A DNA stretch of 49,395 bases, counting the filler, from Bipalium vagum (taxonomy: Eukaryota), in assembly GCA_037834085.1 (NCBI GenBank). It is 2 parts of 2 records of this genome, joined end to end, with 100 filler letters (N's around TTAATTAATTAA, not from the genome) between each part and the next. Parts side by side here need not be neighbours in the genome. Positions count along the whole stretch, not along the records: positions 1 to 26,886 come from JBBMKC010120937.1; 1 more part is not named here. One strand, 5' to 3'. The position numbers and the translations under genes were made by a program. The notes beneath the pieces are model-generated. The model had not been told where the DNA came from, did no database searches, and saw only the letters and a list, made by a program, of their open reading frames with translations. Of this stretch, positions 13,086-24,964 are shown one piece after another. Each line of letters opens with the position of its first letter. Position 1 is the first letter of the stretch.

Positions 13086-14053
13086 ATTATTTAGAGCTTG
13101 AAATTAAATTTAAATTTGTAGCAAGTTTTTCTTTTCTTTGGATTATTTAAACAATTAGGATCTTAATCTAAATAATCTTTAAAAATTAATTTATAATAAA
13201 TCTTCGAGTTAAGCTTTTTATTTTATATGCCAAATATTAATAAAGTTTAGAAAGAAAAATTGTTTAATATTAATATACGAAACAAATATTAAAACGAAGA
13301 AAAATAAAAATATTTTTATAAATCTTGAAATAGTCCAATAATAAGTTAAATTTTAACTTAAAATCTTTCCAATTAACTTTAAAATTTTACAAAATTTCAT
13401 AAATATCATCTTTTTGTAGTAGGTTTTGTAGAGATTTAGAACCATATATTTCTTCGATACATATCAATATTCATTTGAAAATAAAAAATTACATCATTTA
13501 GTTCGTTCTCAATTATCTTTTATCATCTTGTGCAGTGGAACTCATCGTGTATTCATCTTATTGAATTTTTTAAAATTTTTCCAAAAAAATTCGTAATGGT
13601 AGTCATTTTATTTGATCTTTTATTGTATTTTCAAAATAATAATTAAAGCTCGTAAATTCTCTGACTGCAAAATCAAATGGTTCGGAAAGCTTGTGAAACA
13701 ATAAAACTATAACTTTAAGTTTTATTTAATAACTAATGACAATGTTTTCATTCAGATAAAAGAAGTAAGAAAAAAATAATATAAATATAAATAATTTTCG
13801 TTTAAAGGAAAATATAATAATAATTACCTTTTAAATTAATATTTTTAATTTTATTATTAACATTGATATTATTATTACTATTATTACGATGATAATAAAA
13901 AATGCATATCTTTATTATATATCCCATACCAGAAAAAAATTCTTACATTATAATGAACTTAAAAATTTTTCGCTGAGTTTTAGCTTTTATTTATTTTGAT
14001 AATTATCATCGAAATTAGAAGTAATATTTCGAAAATTTTTATCTCAAAATTTT

Positions 14054-15655
14054 TTACTGATTGTTCGTTAATGGAAAGAGTAGGGCCTGCCTAAGCATAA
14101 AGAGTTTTTTCACAATAATCTTCAAAAAAGTCATGGATGCTTCCAGATCTTCCAAATCATTCTTCCTAAAAATCAAAATATTGATTTCTAACAGTATCTT
14201 TTCGCGGACCCTGATCATATCCGTTTTCAGTGTGTGGGCCATGGCATACCGATTCTCTAAACTATTACTCTGGATCAAATAATGTATTTTGTATAATTGC
14301 CTAATCTTTTTCAAGAAGTCACTGTAACCTGAAGAGATAAGGGATGTAAATTGATAAAATTGTTCAATCAGCTGGATTTCCCCAGATTGGATATCATTAT
14401 CCAAGCAATACGTCGTGTCAATTGATCTTTGGAAATTCAACTCTTCAAAGAAGAAACATATTTCCTCCAGCTTTAACTGAAGGACCATTCTATTCCTATA
14501 AAGGTCTACTAAGGTTTTCTCTTTTAACATTGTCCCAAACTGGAGTCTTAAAAAATCATCTAACTTTTGAGCTGACTCGATCAATTTGATGATTATGTTA
14601 TACTGTTCAGCAAATATATTATAAGACCTGGGTTGAATGTCATTCTGGAGCTGCATCACTTCCCTATGAAAAGGACAGAATACCCTAAATAAGTGAAAAC
14701 TTTCAATACAACCTTTACAAATTTTGTGTTGACAGTTTGGAAGAGGTGAGGTACATATATTTTCTACTTCCAATCTCAAATGGGTGTCACAGATGATGCA
14801 CCATTCCACTGAATTATTAAAAATTTCCAGGTACTGCTTATGACCATGTTCTATGAATTCCAGCATGACTGCCTTCGAATATATCAAACAACTTTCAATA
14901 GTCTTGGTGAGATTGGCAAAAATCTTCATGTGTTTCGACATTTCAAGTAGGTCTCGCAAGTAGAAAATTATGGTGACATTCTTTTTTTGCATAAAGTATT
15001 TGAAGACTTTGTTTATGTACAAAAATTTTCTGTTTGCACGTTTCAGAAGCTCAAACAATGTTTTCAGCCTTTGTAAAATTGAAAAGAAATTCGAAAGTAT
15101 TGTTTGTTCTAAAACTTTTTTGTTAAACTTTTCCGCTTGTCTGAGAACTATTTTGATATCATTTTCAAAGTTTTCGTAAGACTCAGTATGAGACGTGGCA
15201 GCCGGCAAAAACCTTAAGATGAAATCTTTCAGATAGCATAATGCTTTCTCAAAATCACCTTGACTTTGTCCTTTACATTTTTTCACAAAATATTTTTCAT
15301 CAAATTTCGACAAGAGAGAAAGTTTCGGTTCCAAGATCTTGAATCTTTTCACCATTTTGGTCAATATCATCATGTGCTGCTGAATGGCAGTCTCAAAAAA
15401 GATTGTAAGTTTCTTGGAAAGCTTTGGATACAGGAAGTATGGAATTGACAACGTTTCATTGCTTTGGTCTCCAACTAGGACAATTTCGTGAATCACACCG
15501 CGATCTAAGGGACAGGTATGTTGTAGCCGTAGCCACCTTTCCAAACACCTCGAGCAAAAAGTGTGTCTACATTTTTTGGCCATGACCTGGTTATCTCTTT
15601 CCACTTCCTCCAGACAAACAGGACATTCGATCTTTACCACATTTTCTTGTTCCAT
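14054..15655 (-). CDS. Intronless 533-aa protein with two RING-finger-like domains; putative E3 ubiquitin ligase
   Basis: Uninterrupted ORF; C-x2-C-x14-C-x-H-x2-C-x2-C-x10-C-x2-D at aa 11-51 and C-x2-C-x18-C-x-H-x2-C-x2-C-x10-C-x2-H at aa 286-330. Confidence 0.88.
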   Translation of the reverse strand: MEQENVVKIECPVCLEEVERDNQVMAKKCRHTFCSRCLERWLRLQHTCPLDRGVIHEIVLVGDQSNETLSIPYFLYPKLSKKLTIFFETAIQQHMMILTKMVKRFKILEPKLSLLSKFDEKYFVKKCKGQSQGDFEKALCYLKDFILRFLPAATSHTESYENFENDIKIVLRQAEKFNKKVLEQTILSNFFSILQRLKTLFELLKRANRKFLYINKVFKYFMQKKNVTIIFYLRDLLEMSKHMKIFANLTKTIESCLIYSKAVMLEFIEHGHKQYLEIFNNSVEWCIICDTHLRLEVENICTSPLPNCQHKICKGCIESFHLFRVFCPFHREVMQLQNDIQPRSYNIFAEQYNIIIKLIESAQKLDDFLRLQFGTMLKEKTLVDLYRNRMVLQLKLEEICFFFEELNFQRSIDTTYCLDNDIQSGEIQLIEQFYQFTSLISSGYSDFLKKIRQLYKIHYLIQSNSLENRYAMAHTLKTDMIRVREKILLEINILIFRKNDLEDLEASMTFLKIIVKKLFMLRQALLFPLTNNQ

Positions 15656-15939
15656 CGCTCAATTTTATTGATTTAAAATGTAAAAAAATATTTTTAAACA
15701 ATTTTTTGACATTTATGAAAACGGTTCTATCCGTAATTTTTTGTATAAATCGACTAAGAGAATTTATTTTTAAAATAAATAAATATTTTGGATTATGTTT
15801 CTTTACCGAAATGACTATCACGTCTCTTTTTTGTCCTATCTGTTACATCAAGTTTTTTTGACCGATCTCAATTTTTTCCTATCAGGTAATTTATAATAAT
15901 ATTAATGATTTTTCATAAATGCGATAATCGTGGCACGAT

Positions 15940-16290
15940 ATTCAAGGAATGTATTGATTGTGTTTCATGGCACTTAAACACAAATAACTGCATACATTAA
16001 AATGGATATTTTTCTATTAGAAGAAAATCCTTTTTAGAGAAATTCAAAATTTGGTCATTTATTGCATTTATGGACCTAGGGCAGATCGCAAAAGTCAGTT
16101 AATGAAGACACAGGCGTTTCAAAATCTTTCGTTATTAATTACTGTGCAGAAGTAATGAAAAATGTGAGATTTTTCTTGAAAAATCCAATAAAAATTGGCG
16201 AGCTCATATCCGTACCACTTTTGGATTTTTGGTATGGTTGACGACTCCAAGAATGCAAACATATTTTTGAAGTTATTAAAAAATTACGTT
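15940..16290 (+). mobile_element. Merlin-type transposase relic
   Basis: Fragments SIRRKSFLEKFK, KNPIKIG and WIFGMVD..IFFEV, typical of ISXO2/Merlin transposases. Confidence 0.6.
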
Positions 16291-16299
16291 TTTTCTGTA

Positions 16300-16499
16300 A
16301 TGAAATATTTTTGAATTATCTTAGCTCTGTGGCAAGGTACTCCATCATACATGAACTGAAATCGTTCACGACCAGAAAACCAATAATTTTTTGAGCCCGT
16401 AATTCATTCTGGAGCACTTGCAGGTACTGTTGCGAATTCATGTCTCCATACCATTGTTCTTAAAATAATACTTGAGTCTATTTCAATGGCCAGGTACTA
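16300..16499 (-). mobile_element. Tc1-like family A, copy 2 (internally deleted)
   Basis: Same terminal sequence joined almost directly to GDMNSQQYLQVL..RFQFMYDGVPCHRAK, homologous to 24450-24560. Confidence 0.8.
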
Positions 16500-16770
16500 C
16501 AATTCAATATTTTTCTCGTCATGCAGATTATAGAGAAGAGTTTCCAAAATTTTAATTGCTTATGTTTACCATCACGGCCACATTTAATGTTTCCGTTGTC
16601 TTTTAGAGATTATTTAATGGTCATTAGAGAAATTTAAAGTAATCTGTGAAGAACGATTTTGTCAGTTGATATTTAGTTTTGAAACAAGAAAAATTCAAAT
16701 GATGTCCAAGAGAAAAAAGGAAATTTTAAATTTTAAAAATGTAATAGAAAATAACAATAACTCAACATAT

Positions 16771-17262
16771 TTATTTATTGTCTTTAGTATTTTGGTTTCC
16801 TTCTTTCACTCCCAATGATGATCTTCTGAACCAATTCGAAGAGTCATCCAGTTTCATTGATGATCCCTCACTGCTCAAGCTCTGAATGGAATCATGTTTT
16901 GGATTACTTGATTTATCACTGTATCCTTGAAAGGAATATCGATAAGGGGTTTTTAAATACTGTGCACAGCCATATTCAGAAGGATCGAAATAGTTGACAA
17001 ATGGATCAGAGACAACACAGGAATTCAGCATATTTTCAAATTCTATCCAAGAACTTGACGACAAAGATTTGTTCCACAAGTCTAGGTACTCGGTGTCGCT
17101 ATCATTATCGGAAACGGAGGAATTTCCGCTCTGGTGAAGATTTGTTGAATTTTCATGAAGGCAGTTTTCGTCTTCCTGTTTATAAATATACAAAGTAATT
17201 CGATCTGAGCTCCCAATCATAAACATGTTATTAAGTAAAAATATTGAAAATGCAACTGACAA
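16771..17262 (-). CDS. Ser/Asp-rich ORF of unknown function, possibly the 3' part of a disrupted gene
   Basis: 163-codon open frame in AT-rich DNA; start uncertain; coding-like sequence with stops continues upstream to about 17450. Confidence 0.4.
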   Translation of the reverse strand: MSVAFSIFLLNNMFMIGSSDRITLYIYKQEDENCLHENSTNLHQSGNSSVSDNDSDTEYLDLWNKSLSSSSWIEFENMLNSCVVSDPFVNYFDPSEYGCAQYLKTPYRYSFQGYSDKSSNPKHDSIQSLSSEGSSMKLDDSSNWFRRSSLGVKEGNQNTKDNK

Positions 17263-19107
17263 TTTAAGGTTAATTTTGAATAAAGTTCAAGATCATCTTT
17301 AAATTTTGTTGGTAATCCTTCATTATCAATCACAGCTTGATGACTTCATGAATTAGTTTGGATAAGAATGGTTAACAAATCTGCTGGCAAAAATTTTTCA
17401 GTCTATTTTGTTAAACCAAAATTTATAACTGGGGCCGGATAGAACAATAAATATCTTTGTTTTACTGTTATCAATAAACATTAAGTTTTAAATTTAGAAG
17501 CTTCCTAGCATTGACCAGCTTGATAATACATTTTCGTAAGAAAAGGATTATTTCTCACTTTTTATCACTATCATTAATGGGAAAGAATAACTCAATCTAA
17601 CTTTTCATGAAATAAAATTAATCACTTGAATGTACATATTATATAACCAAGGAAACCATACAGATATTATAAACTTTATTGATGGTGTTATTCTCAATCA
17701 AGAGAATTTGAAATGCCCGCGTCTCTTTTGGTTTACATTTCATATTTTTTAGTTTGTTTAACATTACTAATTTAATGCAAAAATGTTTTCAAAATAAAAT
17801 TTTTTTTAATATAAGAATAATATTTAATTAATATTAATAATATTTGATTAAAAGATTTTAAAGATATTTTCAAAGGAGCTGCCGAAAATGATTGAAATAA
17901 TGTCACAAGAAATTTGTAACTTCTAAAGAAAATTAATTTGCACATTATAATAAATGATAACCTTTAAAAATGTGGAATTTTGACAAAAATTTCTGTAGAA
18001 TTATTTTTCAAAGACTTGATAAAATTAAAACCTTTTCTATTTGTTTCTCAAATGGGATATTGAAAAAGTTTCATAAAAATTTTGAATTGTAAAATCTTTG
18101 ATGCAAAATTAAATAAAAATAAAACACTTAGTTTAACTAAAAAAAATTATTTCCTTCAAATTTTACTGTACAACAGTTGCTAATGCCTAATAATGCCTAT
18201 ACATAAATCTTAAGTTAACATTTTGAATGTCATTTGACTTAGATATGATAGAATTCGAATTCGTTTTAAATCATCAATTAAATCAATAATAGCAGAAAAT
18301 CTGTAAATAAAAGTAAATCTTAAGTTAATTTTTATAAGTTTACTTTCTGATTAATAAGATTTAATAAAAACTATTACACGTTAAAGGTCATAATTGACTT
18401 AAATAAACAATCAAATGACCAAAATTTTGTTTATAAAATGAAAAAAATCTGTTGAATTTGTTCAATAAAATTAAAATTAATAAATTTGAAAAAATGAAAC
18501 AATTATTTACATTTTGAAAATTAATTTCCTCTGAATTTGTTACATTAATGTGAACATTGGTCGTATTCTGTGCCATTATCGCTTCATAGTGGGCCTGGAA
18601 ATATTTTTCACGTTATTTATAAATAATAAAACCCACCTTTGCGAATGCGATTTTCCTCATAAAAATCCTCACAGAATTTCTGCTGTTGGAATTTTTGTCA
18701 TTTGACAATTTGTAAATGTTTGAAAAGCAGTTGAACTGGTTTAGTTTTGCCAAATAAAAGCAGGAAACGTTATCTGAACGATGAGAAAGTCATTTTGTTT
18801 TTTTACTTCATTTCAGTACTGAGGACAGGTTGGTCTACTTATAAACGAAACAATGGCACAGGTATCCCATAAAAAGAAATTGGAACAAAGGTTTACCAAA
18901 TTATTATATATTAAACTTTGACATAATGTAATAATCGTATGTCGCATAGTACAACGAATCATGGTAATTATTTTTGTTAAAAAAGTTCACAATAATAAAA
19001 GTCACTTGTATTGGGAGTATGCAAGATCAGATTCACGATATTCTGAGACACTGCTTAAAATCGATAAAATATAATGTTCTTGCTCATTGCAAGTGTTGCA
19101 GTTAATA

Positions 19108-20353
19108 CAGGGTGTCATGTAAGTCCCCGAGGAAAGTAAACTTAGATATTTCTTAAACTGACTGATATATTTAATCGCTTGCTCTATAAAATTAAAGAAA
19201 AATCTTTTAATTTTTATTTCATATTTCAAAAATATTTACAAAAATTATTCGAAATGACCACCATTAACTGATATACATAAGATCATCCTTTTTACAATAT
19301 TTAAAAATACACTATTCAAAGTTTCTGTGGTAACACTTTTTATTTCTTCGGGGATTTTTGTTTTCAAATCCTCAATATTTTTGATTTCAGATTTGTGTAT
19401 CGTATTCTTTAAATGACTCCATAAATAGATGTCAAGAGGAGTTAAATTAAAAGAGCAGCCCATCAAATTGTACCACCTGTTCGGAAAATGAGTGTCAAGA
19501 TACCGTCGTACATTTGTTGAAAAATGCGCAGGAGCTCCATCTTCCACACTTCAAACATAAAATAGTCTTGAAGCATTGATAGATAATTTTGGCCATTAAC
19601 AGTCTCAACTTCAAAGAAATACTGACCGATAATTTTATTTTTTGACAAAGCACACCAAACATTTACCTTCTGGGATTTTCTAGCAGTTTCATAATGAACA
19701 TGAGGATTACTTTCTGACCAATATCTGACGTTATGCCTATTTACTAATTCTTTTAGGTAAAACTTTGCTTCATCTGAAAAGAAATTATTTTCCTTAATAT
19801 CCACATTTTCTAACATTGGGACCAGGATTTTGCACATTCAAACTATATCTTGCAAATCCTCTTCATGTAATTCCTTCGTGAAATGGACCTTAAAAGGTTT
19901 CAATGATAACTGTTCTCTCATAATTCGGTGGGTTGTTGTTCGCGAAATGGAGCAGGTGGTTGTAACAGAGCGAACACTGCATTGCGGGTCACTTTCAATA
20001 ACTTTACTCATTTTCTGAACTCCATTTTCAGTGATCAGCCTTGGTCTTCCAGAATATTCACGATCTTTCACCGAGACAATCTCACAAAAACTCACTTAGA
20101 CAACTTTTTTTTGGTGAGGTTTTCCCAAATTTAATTTCCGTTTAACAACAAAAATTGAGTTGAATTTGGCCATTAGAAGTACAATTTTGATTCTTAACTT
20201 TGAATCTAACTAAATTAACTAAATCTAATTTTAAAATATTAAAACAAAACTTAGACTTACATAATTTAATATTATATAAATAGAATTGTCAATCGATTGA
20301 ATTTAATGAAATATATTTAAGTTTACTTTCTACGGGGATTATGGGACACCCTG
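19108..20353 (-). mobile_element. Near full-length rosa/DD41D-like Tc1/mariner element, frameshifted
   Basis: Imperfect TIRs CAGGGTGTC..AAAGTAAACTTA with TA on both sides; FFSDEAKF, VNRHNVRYWS, KVNVWCAL..IIG.YFF, DGAPAH..FPNRW and LTPLDIYLW motifs over three frames. Confidence 0.9.
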
Positions 20354-21154
20354 TAGTAAAACAAAAATCCGGCCTAATGAGATTTCAGCAGAAATATGAT
20401 TGGTCTATTGCACAACCTAAATAATTGTACTTTTATTTTTCTGAGATTACTCTTAATGACTTTTATTAAGATTATGTTTTGTATTATTCAAGACGCCCTA
20501 GTTTGACCTTGGAGTGCTAAACTGGAAGAGAACAGATGAATGACTGGATATGTCGCTCCCAAAGCTGGGGAATGTTATATAAATTGCGATTTTTCAATTT
20601 TAAGGTTGATAGTTGATTATGAGTGATGCCAATGATTATGCTCAAACTCTGAGTTCGTTAGTTAGCTAATGGGCCACAGAAAGTATTTGTGTAACTTACC
20701 GACCAACCTGTGATGAAGTCAACTCAAGGCCACATTGATTCTAGCTTGGGTTTTGGTTTTTATTTTATTGATGGTATTACGGTGTTTGAGAACTGCAGGT
20801 TGTGTCATCCAGAGAATCAAACGTATTGTTTTTTGCCTGGAGACATTTTGAGTCATTTCGTGATAACTTTGGTGTAAATCGTAGCACAATTAAATGACGA
20901 ACACAAATGAAAACTGTTTGGAGTCAGATTTTTATATTAACAAATATAAATATGAATTAGGTATAATTGCGCAGAATTCACCAAATTTTGTAATTTATGT
21001 TTGGTCTTTTTGTATTTTTAGCAAATTTTATTGGAAAACGAAACAAAATTCGAACAGAAATTAAATAACAAATTTGTCTACTTTTCAATCAAAAGAAAAA
21101 TATCAATCACCTTTTTACTATTTTAATTCTATTAGAAAGATAAACACGACCTAC

Positions 21155-21299
21155 CTATGGCCATGACTGGGTCGTAAATCACCAGTTGGTCGATGGTTAT
21201 GGGCTGATCGATGAGCTGTAGGCGACACTGCAGATTCTTCTTAATGGGCTTGGCGAAAATGATCAGATCAGTGAAAAGGAGAACTTTCACCGAGAGGGT
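21155..21299 (-). CDS. Isolated internal exon encoding part of a RhoGEF-type PH domain (PLEKHG5/6/7-like)
   Basis: TTTGTAG acceptor and GTAGGT donor, 145 nt, TLSVKVLLFTDLIIFAKPIKKNLQCRLQLIDQPITIDQLVIYDP; LFTDL..K..KK and P..ID.L pattern; high GC relative to flanks. Confidence 0.7.
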
Positions 21300-22229
21300 C
21301 TACAAAAATGACAGTCCATCATTTCTATCATTTTGATCTCATCAATATTTAAAATTAACAGTTAACTGACATCATCATCTCTCTTTTCTGATACCATTTC
21401 GCTTAAATATATTCTATTACCTGAACATTGAGAACGTTTATAAAACTTATTTTACTTTTACTTCACTTTACTCTAAAAATGCTGTATTAAAAGTGGAATT
21501 TGAGAACGTGGAAGAGTTGAACACATTTTTGAAGAACGGAAACTCTTACCGAAATCATAGGTTAATTAAACCCTTTGATTATGGAAAGGTTGTTAAAAAG
21601 ACTTGTTAATAAGGCTAATCGGTAAGTGGAATATTTAATTTAATAAATTTTTTATTTATTACATGTCACAATTATCCAAAAACTAAAAAAGAAATATGAA
21701 ACTATGAATGTTATTAACAACAAGGATCTTGATGTCAATAATTTTTATTATTTTCTCTGCTCAAAATTCGAATATTCAAACAAATTTAAACATCAAACTA
21801 TGAAATTTCCAAATCTTTATTTAAATTTATTGATTTTAATTAATTATAAAATACAATTATTTAATTATTGATTAAATTAAAACTGTATATTATAAAATTG
21901 ATGATATAAACTGGTCGAATTAAAAGTGAACCAGTAAAAGAAAAAAAGTTAAAATTGTATTATTTAATGAAAGATAAATGATAAGCAAATTATGTTTTTT
22001 GCAATAAGACAACCAAACACTTTTCTGTTGATTCTGTTTCTGTAGGTTATTGAAAAAATATTTTTTTTGAAAAAAATTGATTTTTAAATTATTTCTTCTT
22101 TTGTTGAAAATTTCCTTTGTCATTTGGCTTAATTTTTATGAAAAATATCAGTGCTAGTAATTCATACTCATATTAGAAAGCTTTATAAACCTTGTTCTTT
22201 GTTTTATCACTTAAAGGTATGAAAAAATG

Positions 22230-22480
22230 CTTGGTCAGTACAAATTCGACTTTATCGGAAATCAATATTTTATCGATAATTGTTGAAATATTTCGTGATC
22301 TATTCAAGTTTTTAAATTTTAAGCTTTAGTGTTGGGTTTAATGTGGATTTTCATTCAGGCAACAAAATTAAGCATTAAATAAAACAAAAGTCAAAAGAAA
22401 ATCGTTCCAAAATTTCAGCATTTGCAAAAACTGGATATTCTGAAAGAAAAATAGTCAATAAAATGTTGACCGACTCTGTT
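22230..22480 (+). mobile_element. Tc1-like N-terminal helix-turn-helix relic
   Basis: SKENRSKISAFAKTGYSERKIVNKM. Confidence 0.45.
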
Positions 22481-22554
22481 GGAATTTTATAAATTTAAAA
22501 TAATTTTTAAAAAAATCATAAGAGTAAGTCAGATAAGTTAAATCAAACAAAATA

Positions 22555-23704
22555 TAGGGTACGTTAGGTATTTGGGGACATAAGTTTAATTTTTTTAAAA
22601 TGATTTCTTAAATATACCAATGAAATTTGTTTAACTGAATCAATAGAATAAACAATAATGACAGTAAAACAAATCACTCAAATAATAAAGCAAAATGCTG
22701 TTTTAGTGGCATTGAAAGCTGATCATTCCAATTTAGAAATCGCACGATTTTTAAAAGTCGCAAGATCATCATCATAATATAGTAAGCCACGACCTTCCGA
22801 TAATTGGATAGTGTCAGAAACAGCAAAGTAAGAGGAAACGCTGTGATATGATGAGAACAAATGATTTTTTTCTAGGAAATTAAGTTGACTGTTGATGGCA
22901 ACCGCAGAAATTCCATGAGGTTTTTTGCCAAAAATTTCAAGGTCTCAGAGTGACCATTCTAAAATGTTGGTCATGTGTTAAAGAAAGGTCAATTTCTCTA
23001 AAAGCAAATCGTTTAAGTAAATTAAAAGTGCTCCTAACGAAACTCAAATCTTCAGCAACACAATATCTGATTTAGTTTTTCTCAGATCAAAAAACCTTTG
23101 ACCAAAATCACAAAATTAACAGAAGAAATGATTGATGGTTATCTAAAGACTCTTCTGAAGTCCCAATTGTTATGCAAAAAAATTTCTGGCATCAATCATG
23201 ATTTAGGGTTCTAAGTGCAGATCTTAGAGTGAATTCTATTGTTTACATTGAGGTCCTGAAAACAGTTGTGAAGTCCTAGATTGATTCAATGCGAAATAGA
23301 AGGCTTTATGTTTCCCAACAAAATTCTGCTCCATCACACCAGGCTCTGCTAACTTGTGAATGGATAGCTGAGAATATCCATGACCAGTTTTCTCCTGATA
23401 TTTGGTCTCCCAGCTCTCTAGTCCTAAATCAATTGGAACACTAAGTGTGGGGCGTTATTGAGAAGTAACATTTCCACAATACTTTACATTCCTTGGAAGT
23501 ATTCATACTGTTATTGTCCAATATGAGCCAGGACAACCTGGTTAAGGCAAGCAGGCGTTCGGAAGCAATGATCCAGTTAATTGTGGTTTTTGCATAAAAT
23601 TATGTAAAACATCATTACATTTTTGGTCAATAAAGCTATAACTTTTTATTATATTTCTGTGTTCCTTGAGATATCAGTATGTTCTCAAATACCTTCGCAT
23701 CCTG
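22555..23704 (+). mobile_element. Decayed maT/DD37D-like element
   Basis: Degenerate TIRs (TAGGGTACGTTAGGTATTTGGGGACAT vs CAGGATGCGAAGGTATTTGAGAACAT), TA flanks; FFSDQKTF, NRRND.WL, QQNSAPSH and WSPSSLVLNQLEH.VW motifs. Confidence 0.85.
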
Positions 23705-24057
23705 TATAACGAAGAATTTTCATTTCCTAAAGTACTTCCTAAAATGCCACAAAAATGTAGGAAAACCAAAATTGCGGACTTATTCCTCAACCATAAAAAA
23801 CAGAAAATTTAACGATTTCAAACTTTTCGAATGTTCTTCTCTTATCGATTTATTTCTAGAAACGGTTTTCGTCGATTTGTATGACTGATATCTGAATTAA
23901 TGCCTTATTGGAATCGAGATCCAAAAGCGTTCATTATTACACAGGATCCCCTTTTCATTTACGATAACGAATCAGTTTTTTTTATTCAACAAAGAAATGC
24001 AATCAGAAATTATTAATAGGTCGACTGTTGTCCAATAATAAACTTCCAATCTAAATA

Positions 24058-24562
24058 CAGTATCTGGCCATTGGAATAGACTCAAGTATTATTTTATATT
24101 ATTGCTCTTCGCCCAATCATAAAGCATAAGTTAACACCGGCCATGACAAAGAACAAACTAGCTTGGGGACTGAAATACAAATACTATGGAGACATATTTT
24201 GGTCAAAAATATAAATAAAAATTAATTTCTACAAAACGGGTTTCATTAAATCGGTTTATTTTCTGACGTCAGTTTTGCTTATCGGGTGAAAGCTCAGTCG
24301 GGCTTAACAATGACCGTATTACATTTTTTAGCCGTTTATCAAAGGAAAGATAATTACCTGAATGTGTAAGCCAAAGGGTTAAGCATCTGGTCCAAGTAAT
24401 GATATGGTCAATTATATCTGCGAAAGGTGTTTGGAAACTTTATTTTGTGGATGGCAACATGAATTCGTAGTAGTATCTGCAAGTGCTCCACAATAAATTA
24501 CAGCCTCAATTACAAATTTGGTTTCCAGGTCGTGAACGATTTTAGTTCATGCATAATGGAGT
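24058..24562 (+). mobile_element. Tc1-like family A, copy 3
   Basis: TA-CAGTATCTGGCCATTGGAATAGACTC end, then KHKLTPAM..LAWG and VKHLVQVMIWSIISAKG..LYFVDGNMNS. Confidence 0.82.
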
Positions 24563-24871
24563 AGTGGCTTCAGGTGAAGCCTTTAATATAAGGCATATCC
24601 TAGAATCGGGGAAACACGGGGAAATCAAATGACAGTTACTATTAATTTTGAAAGTAATACATTTTAATCAAAAGGTTAAATATTGATTTAACCATTGCAT
24701 TTATAAGTTTTAAAAAGATTTATTTTTACGTTCATGTTATTAATTATTCTTAAATTATAATTGTAATATATGAGGAAGAACAAAAGTCCTTTATCGGTGC
24801 CATAGATATTGATTGTTTACATACCTTTTTTACTTTATTTTTCTTACAAATTATGATTGGTATATTTTCTT

Positions 24872-24890
24872 GTTATTATTATTATTTATT

Positions 24891-24962
<72 letters not shown>
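24872..24962. repeat. (ATT)n/(ATTT)n microsatellite
   Basis: Simple repeat run. Confidence 0.9.

Positions 24963-24964
<2 letters not shown>

Noticed and set aside
15821-17729. CGTCTCTTTT upstream of both intronless ORFs as a shared promoter motif
   Set aside because: A single 10-mer recurrence with no extended similarity is expected by chance
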